Origin: Planctomycetia bacterium
GTDB lineage: Bacteria > Planctomycetota > Planctomycetia > Pirellulales > UBA1268
Direction: 5' to 3'
NCBI GenBank assembly: GCA_046092145.1
Contig: JBJTDB010000168.1
Coordinates: 1 to 62,080, forward strand
DNA length: 62,080 nt
Part shown: in pieces, positions 48,209-57,012 of the stretch
Layout of the letters: each line of letters starts with the position of its first letter
How positions within the stretch are numbered: position 1 is the first letter of the stretch
The notes under the pieces: model-generated
Database searches by the model: none
Told to the model about the DNA's origin: nothing
What the model saw: only the letters and a program-made list of their open reading frames with translations
Position numbers and translations under genes: made by a program

Positions 48209-48238
48209 GCCCGCCTGGAGGGCGGGCGTTTCTTGCTT
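48209..48238 (+). terminator. orphan Rho-independent-terminator-like hairpin plus T-rich tail
   Basis: GCCCGCC (48209-48215) pairs with GGCGGGC (48221-48227), followed by GTTTCTTGCTT. There is no plus-strand CDS upstream within about 1.4 kb. Confidence 0.4.
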
Positions 48239-48247
48239 CACGAAACC

Positions 48248-48375
48248 CCTCGCCATCCTGGCCTCGGGTTTCTTCGCGAACCTCCGTTCGCTCTTGAGGG
48301 CCCTCCTTCCAGTCGGGCAGTCAATCTTTCGGCAAGCCCGGAGGCCGCAAGCGGGCCGAGGCCAGGATGGCGAGG
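48248..48375. repeat. 128-bp element bounded by perfect 20-bp inverted repeats
   Basis: CCTCGCCATCCTGGCCTCGG (48248-48267) is the exact reverse complement of 48356-48375. 88-nt spacer. A third, direct copy of the 13-nt core TCGCCATCCTGGC lies at 48098-48110. Confidence 0.8.
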
Positions 48376-48396
48376 CCCGCGCTCAAGACAGAAGGC

Positions 48397-48431
48397 CGCG
48401 TAGACGAGGCTTGGGCTTCCTCGTCTACGCG
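48397..48431. repeat. perfect 13-bp-stem hairpin
   Basis: CGCGTAGACGAGG / CCTCGTCTACGCG with loop CTTGGGCTT. Similar in style and loop to the 15-bp hairpin at 57732-57768 (loop CCTTGGC). Confidence 0.7.
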
Positions 48432-48665
48432 CCCTGGATCGGGCCGACCGGTCTGCCCGACGACCCGTCTTGTAGACCACCACCTGCCAATCCTCAACGG
48501 GCGAATTTTGGCCCGCGGCCCGGCCGGCGAATCCTGCCAAGCGAGGCAAAAAAGGATAACCCGGAAGGGGGGTCTTCCGTCGCGGCCGCGCGGGTGGGGC
48601 AGGCTGCGGGGGAAGGCCGGCGGATCACGGCATGCTGGCGCCAGCATGCTTCGCATGCACGTCGA

Positions 48666-49304
48666 TCACCAGCGGTCGGTGGGCCGCTCGAACAGTTCGC
48701 GCATCAGGATCGCACGACGAATCGAGGCCGGATCACGCAGCATGCTCGCGATCTGCACGGCCAGCGGCGATCCACTCTGATGCGGCGTCGCATCGCCTCG
48801 CGACGAAGCCGTCTCGTGGGCGAGGTCGTGGGCAAACGCCTCCTCGACATGCTTCGCGATGCCCGAGGCGGCAAGCGTTCCACCGTCCGACAACGATGGC
48901 GCCGGATGTGCAAGAGATCTCGGCACCAGCGGCGTCGCGCCAGCGGCGCGCGTCGAAGACGACGGCGTGGGGCTGGCCCGCCGCGTGCCACCATCGCGCT
49001 GCGTCGCTGGCCGCCGGCCTTCCGGCGTGCTGCGACGCGGCGGGGAAGGACGTGGCGATTGCTCCCGCTTGGGCTCGCGTCGTGTCGCTTCCTGCAGCTG
49101 CTTGAGCTGCTCGATCTCTCGCTCGAAAAGCGCCCGCACATCGACGATCTCGCCAGGCAGTTCCAAGGGCCGTTTCGGCGCCACCGGCTTCGCCACGCGG
49201 CGGACGAGGCCGAACACCTGCGAGAGCACCCACACGACGAAGAAGATCGCGGGGACGAGACCCTCGAGCCAGTCGAAACCGGCGGCGAAGCAGGTGAGCA
49301 CCAT
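48666..49304 (-). CDS. hypothetical membrane-anchored protein (last gene of the nfeD-floA operon)
   Basis: ATG 49304 is 13 nt after the floA stop. N-terminal TM LVPAIFFVVWVLSQVFGLV, charged helix EREIEQLKQLQEA, Pro/Arg/Ser-rich disordered middle, conserved-looking C-terminus. Confidence 0.55.
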   Translation of the reverse strand: MVLTCFAAGFDWLEGLVPAIFFVVWVLSQVFGLVRRVAKPVAPKRPLELPGEIVDVRALFEREIEQLKQLQEATRREPKREQSPRPSPPRRSTPEGRRPATQRDGGTRRASPTPSSSTRAAGATPLVPRSLAHPAPSLSDGGTLAASGIAKHVEEAFAHDLAHETASSRGDATPHQSGSPLAVQIASMLRDPASIRRAILMRELFERPTDRW

Positions 49305-49317
49305 GTGGTCCTTCGCC

Positions 49318-50337
49318 TCAGCTGGTGGCCACCGCGGCCGTGGGCATGCTCCCGGTCGCGATCGTGCGGCGCATTTCCGTGTCGGCCTGGAGATTCTTGA
49401 GCTTGAAATAGTCGAAGATGCCGAGCTGGCCCGAGGTGAGCGAATCGGCGACGGCCTTGGGCACCTCTGATTCGGCCTCGACGAGCCCGGCCCGGCTCTC
49501 TTCGATGCTCGCGATCATTTCCTGCTCCTTCGCGACGGCCATCGCCCGACGCCCCTCGGCGTTGGCCCGGGCCACCCGCGTGTCGGCCTCGGCCTGATCG
49601 GCCTGGAGGCGGGCGCCGATGTTGGCCCCCACGTCGATGTCGGCGATGTCGATCGACACGATCTCGAACGCCGTGTTGGCGTCGAGCCGTCGGGCAAGCA
49701 CCGTCTTCGAGATCACGTCGGGGTTTTCCAGGACGTCCGAATGGCTTTCGGCCGATCCGATGGCCGACACGATTCCCTCGCCCACGCGGGCGATGATCGT
49801 CTCCTCGGTCGCGCCGCCGATGAGCTGGTTGAGATTGGTCCGCACCGTCACGCGGGCCTTCACCTTCAGCTGGATGCCGTTCTTGGCGACGGCGTCGAGT
49901 GATTCACGGCCGCTGTTCTTGCCCGGGCAGTCGATCACCTTCGGATAGACGCTCGTTTGAACAGCCTCGCGGACATTGCGGCCCGCGAGGTCGATCGCCG
50001 TGGCCAGCTTCCAGTCGAGCTCCTTGATCTTCGCCTTGTTGGCGGCGATGAGCGCCTGGATCACCAGTGGCACACGACCGCCTGCCAGGAAGTGGGCCTC
50101 CATCGCCTGCCGCGTCACACCCGACGCGTCGCCGAGGCCTGCCTGCACCGCCATGATCTTGCTCCGCACGATCACGGTCGGGTTGATCTTCTTGAAGCTC
50201 ATGGCCACGAGGTCGAAGAGCCCGATCCCGGCGCTCGAGGCATACGACTGCAGCCACAGCCGCAAGTAGCTGCCGAGCATGCCGAAGACGACAAGCAGGG
50301 CGAGGATGCCAAGGCCCAGAAGGATCAACGTCGGCAT
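49318..50337 (-). CDS. floA: flotillin-like protein FloA (SPFH family, UPF0365/YqfA type)
   Basis: Matches the B. subtilis FloA pattern along its length: [30 protein letters not shown]...[77 protein letters not shown]...KN.QADTEMR. ATG 50337. Confidence 0.9.
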   Translation of the reverse strand: MPTLILLGLGILALLVVFGMLGSYLRLWLQSYASSAGIGLFDLVAMSFKKINPTVIVRSKIMAVQAGLGDASGVTRQAMEAHFLAGGRVPLVIQALIAANKAKIKELDWKLATAIDLAGRNVREAVQTSVYPKVIDCPGKNSGRESLDAVAKNGIQLKVKARVTVRTNLNQLIGGATEETIIARVGEGIVSAIGSAESHSDVLENPDVISKTVLARRLDANTAFEIVSIDIADIDVGANIGARLQADQAEADTRVARANAEGRRAMAVAKEQEMIASIEESRAGLVEAESEVPKAVADSLTSGQLGIFDYFKLKNLQADTEMRRTIATGSMPTAAVATS

Positions 50338-50428
50338 GGAGGCTCTCCGAAAACGGGACAGACCGGGCGGGCGGCGGCACCGTGTGGCCCGCGCTCTTGA
50401 GCAAGCGTGGTTCGGGGGTGGCCCGCAG

Positions 50429-51079
50429 TCAAGCGCGTGGCGGCTCGAGTTTCTCGAATTCGAACGACTCAAGCGCCGTTGAAAGCCCGGAATTCCCCTG
50501 CGTGCCCCCCTGCCCTGCGGCATCGGCGTCCTGGCCGGCCGCATCGGACGGCCCGGACCGTGTCGCGGCATCGCCCGGCGGTCCCGTCCGCTCGGCGCGG
50601 CGCACGATGAGCGAAAGCCCCTGAACGCCCGCCACCTCCACCAGGCCACCCGCTGCGATCGGCCCGCTCTCACTCATGGCGTCGATGAGGGCGTCGCCCA
50701 CCCGGATGCGTCCCCACGGGAGCAGTTCGCTCACGGCCAAGCCGCTGCGGCCGACCAGGTCGCGGAGTTGGCGACGGCGGTCAGCCTCCGGAAGCACGTC
50801 GGTCGGATCGGGCGGCGGAGGCAGCACGCGACGACCGAGCGGCGTCTCCGGAAACCAGCGAAACGCCACTGCCAGCACCAGCGGCGCAGCGATGACCGTG
50901 ATCGCCAGCACGACCATGCCGGCCGTCACGCCGATCTGAAGGAATGCCGCGGCAACGGCGGCAACGAGCGCCGCCACGCTGACGAACCCGAGGATGCCCC
51001 CCGACGGGATGAACACCTCGAGCACCATCACCGCCAGCCCGATGACCAGCAGCACCGCGATCCAGCTGATCGGGCTCAT
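50429..51079 (-). CDS. NfeD-family membrane protein (short form, C-terminal OB-fold)
   Basis: [41 protein letters not shown]... (NfeD membrane helices) and C-terminal [40 protein letters not shown]. Confidence 0.8.
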   Translation of the reverse strand: MSPISWIAVLLVIGLAVMVLEVFIPSGGILGFVSVAALVAAVAAAFLQIGVTAGMVVLAITVIAAPLVLAVAFRWFPETPLGRRVLPPPPDPTDVLPEADRRRQLRDLVGRSGLAVSELLPWGRIRVGDALIDAMSESGPIAAGGLVEVAGVQGLSLIVRRAERTGPPGDAATRSGPSDAAGQDADAAGQGGTQGNSGLSTALESFEFEKLEPPRA

Positions 51080-51116
51080 GCGTATCGGGTTCCTGAGGCG
51101 GCGGACTCGGGGCGCA

Positions 51117-53309
51117 TCATCGTGCCAGAGATCGTACCACCAGCTTCCGCCCACGCACCTCGACCACACGGACGGGCATGCCCGGCTCGATCAGCTCCGC
51201 CTCTGCGACGACATCATGGATCGCGTTGCCGAGTCGGGCCTTCCCAGCGGGAGCCAGTCGTGTCGTCGTCGTTCCGTTCGTCCCGAGCAGCTCGTCGAGC
51301 GGCTCGACGTCGGCGGCATCGTCGGCCGCGGGGGGCACGAGGAGCACGTTCCGCAGCATCGGCGCCGATGGCAGCCACCGCCTCGCCACCATGGCGAAGA
51401 GACCCACTCCCACGACTGCGCCGAGAATGCCCATCAGCGACCACTGCACCTGCCGGATCTGATAGTCGTTGGCCGGGATCACGAACGACTGGCTGGCGAG
51501 CACCAGCGACGCGATCACCAGGATGCCGCCGCCGAGTCCGAGCACGCCGAATCCCGGCAGCACCAAGATCTCCAAGGCGAGGCAGATCAGCCCGGCGAGG
51601 AAGAGCATCACCTCCAGCCAGCCGGCCGTACCGTGCAGATACTGGCTCCAGAAATAGACGATGAAGGCGACCATCGACACGAAGCCCCCGATGCCGAAGC
51701 CGGGCGTGTGCAGTTCGATGTAGAGCCCGACGCCGCCGATCACCAAGAGCAGCCAGGCAAGCCCAGGGCTGGCCAATGCGTCGAGCAGCGTGTCGCTCCA
51801 CCGCGGCTCGGCCATCGGAATGTCGCCCGAGAGCCCATAGGCCGCGCGAAGCCCGCCGAAGGTGTCGACGAGATGCGTGACGAGACCCAGCGGTTCCGCG
51901 GTGCGGCCGGTGAGCCGGATCGGCCCCACGCCCACGCGGCCTCCCGTCTGCCAGGCATCGCGGTCGTCGCGGGCGGCGAGTTCCTCGGCGCTCAGGTATT
52001 CGACCCGCCCCGTGGCCGGCTGCGAGGCCCGCTCGACATCGATCCCCGGCACGGCCAGCGCCACCGGCAGCGACCAGGTGCGACCCCGCCTCCGCGCCAC
52101 GCCCTCCCGCCATGCGACGGCCACCGCCTGCGCCTGGCGCTCGCCCAACGTCGCCGCGCCCTCGCCACCGAGAATGGCATCGGGATGCATCACGAGATCG
52201 TCGCACGCAGCGGCGACAAGCGCCGCATCGGCGCGGGCCTCCTTCGGCACATAGGCGACGGTCCGCACCCGGGCGGGATCGAGATCGGCAAGCCATGTGG
52301 CCAGCACGAGGCTTTGCTCGGGGCTCCCCCCCGGGCTGTCGATCCGAAGGCACACGAGCGTGGCCCCCTCGGCCATCGCCGCTGCGATCCTTCCCTTGGC
52401 GCGGACGACCGCATCGGCCGTGATCGGCCCGCTGATCGCCACGACCGCCGGCCTCCAGCCTCCGCCCGTCGAAGGATCGATCTCGAGGGCCGAGGCATCG
52501 AGTCCGAGGCCCGTTGCCAGATCGGCCGGCGTGTCGGCGAGCCGTCGCACCAGTCCCAATTCACGGCCGCGCCTGCCGGTGAGTTCAAGCGGGGTGGGCC
52601 CCAGTTCCTCGGTGTCGAGAACGGTCACCCGCTCCCGCAGTCCGGCGATATCCGCGGCTTCCACATACTGCTCGCCCGACTCGGTCGACGCACGGATCAC
52701 CCGCGCCGCGGGATCGAGAAGGGCCACGGCCACCGCCGTCGGCACCGCCCGCCGCCGCATGGCGATCTCGCGGTAGGCTGCCCGCATCGCATCGTCCACG
52801 ACGGGCTCGTCGGTATTGGCGGGCCCGAGCACCGCGTCGGGAGCCATCACGATCTCCTCGCAGGCCAGCACCGCGAGCACCGCATGCCCCTGAATGCTCC
52901 GCGGCAGGAAGGCCACGGTCTTCACGCCGGCCAGTTTGTTCGACGAGAGAAATCTTGCCAGGTCGAGCGCGCGGCCAAAATCGCTCCCCACGAGGGCGTC
53001 GTCCTCGGGGGCATCGAACCGCAGCACGAGCACGCTGCGACCAGCCGCGTCGGGCGTGGGCTGTTCCCCGAACTGACCCCCAGGCCGATGCTTGAGCCGG
53101 TCGAGTTGCCTGAGGATCGCCGCCTCGAGCTGCGTGTCGCGGCTGCCGGTGATCGGCAGCTGCACCGGGAGCATCACCGCCTGCGGCTTCGGATCCTTCG
53201 CGAGCCCTGGCGCCGGGAAGGCGGCGGCGAGGGCGACCCCGAGCAGCACAGCCCGCGGAACCGCAGGCCATCCCAGGACGGCTCGGGATCTCGGTATACT
53301 CCGTCGCAT
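51117..53309 (-). CDS. NfeD-family membrane-bound ClpP-class serine protease homologue (long form, two tandem periplasmic ClpP-like domains)
   Basis: Signal peptide MRRSIPRSRAVLGWPAVPRAVLLGVALAAAFPAPGLA. The first ClpP-like domain is degenerate (LVLRFDAPEDDA). The second has LVCLRIDSPGGS...AALVAAACDDLVMHPDA.LG. C-terminal NfeD membrane region LEIHTPGFGIGGFVS plus OB-fold GKARLGNAIHDVVAE.ELIEPGMPVRVVEVRG.KLVV. Confidence 0.8.
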   Translation of the reverse strand: MRRSIPRSRAVLGWPAVPRAVLLGVALAAAFPAPGLAKDPKPQAVMLPVQLPITGSRDTQLEAAILRQLDRLKHRPGGQFGEQPTPDAAGRSVLVLRFDAPEDDALVGSDFGRALDLARFLSSNKLAGVKTVAFLPRSIQGHAVLAVLACEEIVMAPDAVLGPANTDEPVVDDAMRAAYREIAMRRRAVPTAVAVALLDPAARVIRASTESGEQYVEAADIAGLRERVTVLDTEELGPTPLELTGRRGRELGLVRRLADTPADLATGLGLDASALEIDPSTGGGWRPAVVAISGPITADAVVRAKGRIAAAMAEGATLVCLRIDSPGGSPEQSLVLATWLADLDPARVRTVAYVPKEARADAALVAAACDDLVMHPDAILGGEGAATLGERQAQAVAVAWREGVARRRGRTWSLPVALAVPGIDVERASQPATGRVEYLSAEELAARDDRDAWQTGGRVGVGPIRLTGRTAEPLGLVTHLVDTFGGLRAAYGLSGDIPMAEPRWSDTLLDALASPGLAWLLLVIGGVGLYIELHTPGFGIGGFVSMVAFIVYFWSQYLHGTAGWLEVMLFLAGLICLALEILVLPGFGVLGLGGGILVIASLVLASQSFVIPANDYQIRQVQWSLMGILGAVVGVGLFAMVARRWLPSAPMLRNVLLVPPAADDAADVEPLDELLGTNGTTTTRLAPAGKARLGNAIHDVVAEAELIEPGMPVRVVEVRGRKLVVRSLAR

Positions 53310-53889
53310 GACACCACCCTCATCCACGTCGCGCTCGCCGCTCCTGGCGGAACTGATCGAACTCGTCGGCACCAAGGCCCTGAAGCGGGGCACGTTCACG
53401 CTCGCCTCGGGTCGCACCGCGTCATTCTACCTCGACGCAAAACAGGTCGTGCTCGATGCGCACGGCTCCATGCTGGTCGGCAGGGCGATTCTCGAGCGGC
53501 TCCAGTCGCTCGGGAGCCTGCCGCAGGCCGTCGGCGGGATGTCGATCGGCGCCGATCCGGTGACCAGTGCCGTGGTGACGATGGCCGGCGTCGCTGGGCT
53601 GCCGCTCAAGGGATTCATGGTCCGCAAGGAGGCCAAGGGCCATGGGATGCAGCGGTATGTGGAGGGACCGGTCGAATCCGGCCAGCGGGTCGTGATCGTC
53701 GAGGATGTGATCACGACGGGTGGCTCGTCGCTGGTGGCGATCGACCGTGCGCAGGAGTTTGGCCTGGTGGTCGAGCGGGTCGTGACGGTGATCGACCGGC
53801 TGGCCGGGGCCGAGGCGGCGCTCGCGGCCCGCGGGATCCCGCTGGAGTCGCTCGTGACGATCCGGGATCTCGGCCTGAATCCTGAGTGA
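53308..53889 (+). CDS. pyrE: orotate phosphoribosyltransferase
   Basis: LKRGTFTLASGRTASFYLD, GG.S.GADP, PRPP loop VVIVEDVITTGGS. ATG 53308 shares the tetranucleotide CATG with the divergent nfeD start. Confidence 0.9.
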   Translation: MTPPSSTSRSPLLAELIELVGTKALKRGTFTLASGRTASFYLDAKQVVLDAHGSMLVGRAILERLQSLGSLPQAVGGMSIGADPVTSAVVTMAGVAGLPLKGFMVRKEAKGHGMQRYVEGPVESGQRVVIVEDVITTGGSSLVAIDRAQEFGLVVERVVTVIDRLAGAEAALAARGIPLESLVTIRDLGLNPE

Positions 53890-53945
53890 CCGCCACGGGG
53901 CCCACCCGTTGCCCCGGGAGCGGCCGCGACCGTAGGCTTGCAGGC

Positions 53946-55790
53946 ATGGCGTCTGCCCTCCGTCTTTGCATCGCCGCCTTCGCATCGGCTGCCGCCTGTG
54001 CCGTCCTGGCCGCCGTGCCGACCGACGACGAGATCGCGGCGCTGGTGCGCCAGCTCGGCGACCCCGACTACGCCCGTCGTGAGATCGCCGCTGCGAAGCT
54101 GGAAGCGGTCGCCACCGAGGCCATCGACCACCTGCTGGCGGCGGCCGAGAGGAGCGACGATCTCGAGGTCTCGCTGCGGGCGGGCTGGCTGGTGGAGACG
54201 ATCCCACTCGATGCCCCGACCGATTCTGCAGAGGTCGCCTCGCTCTTGGAGGGCTACACCGCGAAGAGCCTCGGCGAGCGGATCGTGATCATGCATCGGC
54301 TGCTCCGGCTCGACGACGACGCCGGCATCGCCGCTTTGGCACGCATCATCCGGCTCGGCCGGGATCCGACCGGAGCGAGGGTGGCCGCGGCGATCCTGGT
54401 GCGCGAATGGAGCCCCGGGGATCCCGCCTGGCCTGTCATCGTCGGCCACATGGGCCGCGGGCTCATTGAGAGCAGGCGCCTCCCGGCGAGGCTGCTTGCG
54501 TCGCTCATCGATTTTTCCCAGGCCGAGTCGGTCGATGGCCGCATTCGGGCCCTCGAGGCCGCCCGCGAACTGGTGGCCCTCCTCGATCGCCAGCGGCCAG
54601 ACGACGATCGACGCGGAAAGGGACGAGACATTCCCGTGGAGGAAGAGGCCGCCTCCCCCGACCCGGCGCTGCTCACGCGGGATCTCGGCCGCACGACCCA
54701 GCGCATCTTCGAGCGGTGCCTCGTCCAGATGCTCGTGGAAGCCGGCCGCCGTGACGAGGCCGCCACCATCCTTCGCGCGACGCTCGCCGATTCACTCAGG
54801 CTCCCCGACGACGACCCGACCAAGCTCGCGATGATCGCCGACACGCTCGTGTGGGCCGCATCGCACGGCGTTCCCGAGGTGGTCGGCGGCATGCCGCCGG
54901 AGGCGTCGGAGATCGTCGCCAAGCCGATGATCCGCTACGCGATGGCCGTGTGTGAACGGGCGAGAGAGCAGGAGAACGAGGCGGAGCGGCTGGCGCGGAG
55001 CGCCTTCGAGGCCGGCAACGGCGATGCGATCGCCCGGCAGCGGGCCGGCATCTTGCTCGTGCGCTGGGGTGCCGGCGACTGGGCCTGCCGCGAATATGAA
55101 GCCGTGGTCAACGACGAATCGTTTCCCGTGACACAACGGGTCGATGCGTCGATATTCTATTCGGAGTTTCTCCACGACCGGGGCCGTGACGGCGAAGCGG
55201 CGGGCGTCCTCCGCGCGCTCGATCTCGGCGAGCATCGACCACGACACGACGTCCTCAGGCAGATGGGCCGCGATCCCGACGCCACGGAGGCCCGCATGTT
55301 TTATTTCGAGGCATGCGACGCCGCCGCCCGTGGGGATGCCGAGGCGGAGCGGAAGGCCCTGGAGAAGGCCACCCGCACGCCCCGGGGGAAGGATGTCGAT
55401 GCCCTGATCGCCCTCTACCGTTCGGGCGAAGGCAGTCCCGAGGCGAGAGCGATCGCCGTCACACGGATCAACGAGGCGCTCAAGCAGATGGAGGCCCGGA
55501 TCAAGGAGACGCCCGACGAGACCAACGCCTACAACGAGTATGCCTGGCTCGTCGCCAACACCGAGGGGGATGTCGCCAAGGCGCTTCGCTATTCGAAGCG
55601 CACGCTCCGCGACTCGTTCGACAATGCCAGCTACCTCGACACGCTCGCCCACTGTCACGCCGCCACGGGCAACATCGCCGCGGCCATCCGAACGCAGCGG
55701 CTCGCCCTGCGACAGGAGCCGAACACCCGCATGATCCGTGTGAACCTCGAGCAGTTCGAGCGGCGTGCCGCAGCCGCGACATCCGAGTGA
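53946..55790 (+). CDS. secreted HEAT/TPR-repeat protein, function unknown
   Basis: Signal peptide MASALRLCIAAFASAAACAVLAA. Module LVRQLGDPDYARREIAAAKLEA......LL.A. C-terminal TPR-like NAYNEYAWLVANTEGDVAKALRYSKRTL......ASYLDTLAHCHAATGN.AAAI..Q..AL. Confidence 0.65.
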   Translation: MASALRLCIAAFASAAACAVLAAVPTDDEIAALVRQLGDPDYARREIAAAKLEAVATEAIDHLLAAAERSDDLEVSLRAGWLVETIPLDAPTDSAEVASLLEGYTAKSLGERIVIMHRLLRLDDDAGIAALARIIRLGRDPTGARVAAAILVREWSPGDPAWPVIVGHMGRGLIESRRLPARLLASLIDFSQAESVDGRIRALEAARELVALLDRQRPDDDRRGKGRDIPVEEEAASPDPALLTRDLGRTTQRIFERCLVQMLVEAGRRDEAATILRATLADSLRLPDDDPTKLAMIADTLVWAASHGVPEVVGGMPPEASEIVAKPMIRYAMAVCERAREQENEAERLARSAFEAGNGDAIARQRAGILLVRWGAGDWACREYEAVVNDESFPVTQRVDASIFYSEFLHDRGRDGEAAGVLRALDLGEHRPRHDVLRQMGRDPDATEARMFYFEACDAAARGDAEAERKALEKATRTPRGKDVDALIALYRSGEGSPEARAIAVTRINEALKQMEARIKETPDETNAYNEYAWLVANTEGDVAKALRYSKRTLRDSFDNASYLDTLAHCHAATGNIAAAIRTQRLALRQEPNTRMIRVNLEQFERRAAAATSE

Positions 55791-55802
55791 GCACCCGACC
55801 CG

Positions 55803-56648
55803 ATGCCCCCGACACACCGGCTTGACATCGGCGGCACACCCTTCGCCGTTCATACGCGGGGCGCGGGCGTGCCGCTCCTCCTGCTCCATGCGTTTCCGCT
55901 CGACCATGGCATGTGGGAGGCCCAGGAGCCGCTTGCCGAGTCGGTGCGGCTGATCGCGCCCGATCAGCGCGGCTTCGGTGGCACCGCTGGAGATCCACCC
56001 ATCGCGAGCATCGCCGGCATGGCCGACGATGCCGTCGCCCTGCTCGACAGCCTGCATATCGACGAGCCGGCCTTCGTCTGCGGCGTGTCGATGGGAGGCT
56101 ATGTCGCCCAGCATGTCGCCGCGCGGCATCCGGATCGTGTGCGTGGGCTGATCCTCTGCGACACGAAGCTCGATGCCGACACGCCCGAGGCCCGGGCCGG
56201 CCGGGAGGCCCTCTCAGCGAAGGTCGGTCGCATCGGAACCTCGATCCTGGCCGATGCGATGCTCGGAAAATTGCTCGGGCAATCGGAGGCGGCTCGGGCA
56301 GCCGTTCGGCGGCCGGCGATCGAGGATCTGCTCAGGCGGACGATCGAGCGGCAGCCTGTGGAGACGATCCGTGCGTCACTGGCCGCGATGGGTGGCCGGC
56401 CCGACATGACCGCGGTGATGCGGACCGTCCACGTGCCGACGCTTCTGGTCGTCGGCGAGGAAGACACGTTCACGCCGCCAGACGTGATGCAGCGGATGCA
56501 ATCCGTTCTCCCCGATGCGACGCTGCTCGTCGTGCCCCATGCGGGGCATCTCGTGCCGCTTGAGGCGCCCGAGGTGTTCAACGCGGCGGTGGTGGACTTT
56601 CTCGGGGTGGTTGCGGCCCGCGACGCGGCGGCCGCTCCCACTCGTTGA
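55803..56648 (+). CDS. alpha/beta-fold hydrolase
   Basis: PLLLLHAFPLDHGMW, nucleophile elbow GVSMGGYVA, VPTLLVVGEEDTFTPP, PHAGHL..LE.P..FN..V.DFL. Confidence 0.85.
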   Translation: MPPTHRLDIGGTPFAVHTRGAGVPLLLLHAFPLDHGMWEAQEPLAESVRLIAPDQRGFGGTAGDPPIASIAGMADDAVALLDSLHIDEPAFVCGVSMGGYVAQHVAARHPDRVRGLILCDTKLDADTPEARAGREALSAKVGRIGTSILADAMLGKLLGQSEAARAAVRRPAIEDLLRRTIERQPVETIRASLAAMGGRPDMTAVMRTVHVPTLLVVGEEDTFTPPDVMQRMQSVLPDATLLVVPHAGHLVPLEAPEVFNAAVVDFLGVVAARDAAAAPTR

Positions 56649-57012
56649 ACGGCCGCGGCGGCAGTCGCGGCTGGCGGTCGAGGCGTTCGAGCCGCTCCCG
56701 CAGCAGGTCGATCTGTTCGAGCACGCGAGGATCGACGCCGGGGGCCGTGAGTCGGCCGACGGCAGCCCCTCCGAGAAACGCGGCGACGACCAGCCCCACG
56801 GCGACCAGCCACGAGCGGGTCGAGGGCGATGCCGCATGACGCCGGGCCGAGAGGGCCACCATCTCGATCGTCGAGGCGGTCGCGTTCGGCGGGGCGGCCG
56901 ACCGTGGCAGGGCATCGAGCGCGAGCCACACATCGCCAAGCGCCGCGGCCGGATCATCGCCGCGATCGGCGGCGGAAACATTCAGGTGGTGATCTCCCGA
57001 GGATCTGGTCAT
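56578..57012 (-). CDS. putative anti-sigma factor (single-pass membrane protein)
   Basis: ATG 57012 overlaps the sigma-factor stop (ATGA). One TM WLVAVGLVVAAFLGGAAVG and a Pro/Arg-rich tail. The assignment rests on position and topology only. The 3' end overlaps the convergent hydrolase gene by 71 nt. Confidence 0.5.
   Translation of the reverse strand: MTRSSGDHHLNVSAADRGDDPAAALGDVWLALDALPRSAAPPNATASTIEMVALSARRHAASPSTRSWLVAVGLVVAAFLGGAAVGRLTAPGVDPRVLEQIDLLRERLERLDRQPRLPPRPFNEWERPPRRGPQPPRESPPPPR

Noticed and set aside
47983-48665. Whether the island encodes a known housekeeping RNA (tmRNA, RNase P RNA, SRP/4.5S RNA, 6S RNA).
   Set aside because: I could not find the hallmark motifs: a tRNA-like GGGG.../...TCCACCA end for tmRNA, GAGGAAAGTCC for RNase P, or the GGAAG/AGCAG SRP domain IV. 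The 20-bp perfect stem is too regular for 6S RNA. This check was by eye only, so an Infernal scan is still worthwhile.
47813-49400. Overlapping plus-strand ORFs 47813-48403 (196 aa), 48294-49400 (368 aa) and 48367-48780, and minus-strand ORFs 48238-48549 and 48321-48656, in or around the gene-free island.
   Set aside because: They overlap each other, are Arg/Pro/Gly-rich, and lack start context and motifs. 48294-49400 also runs antisense through the real gene at 48666-49304. I treat the island as non-coding.
50994-53885. 963-aa plus-strand ORF.
   Set aside because: Most of it is antisense to the long and short nfeD genes. Only its last part (from ATG 53308) is real, and that part is pyrE. 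The upstream 770 aa are Arg/Pro/His-rich junk.
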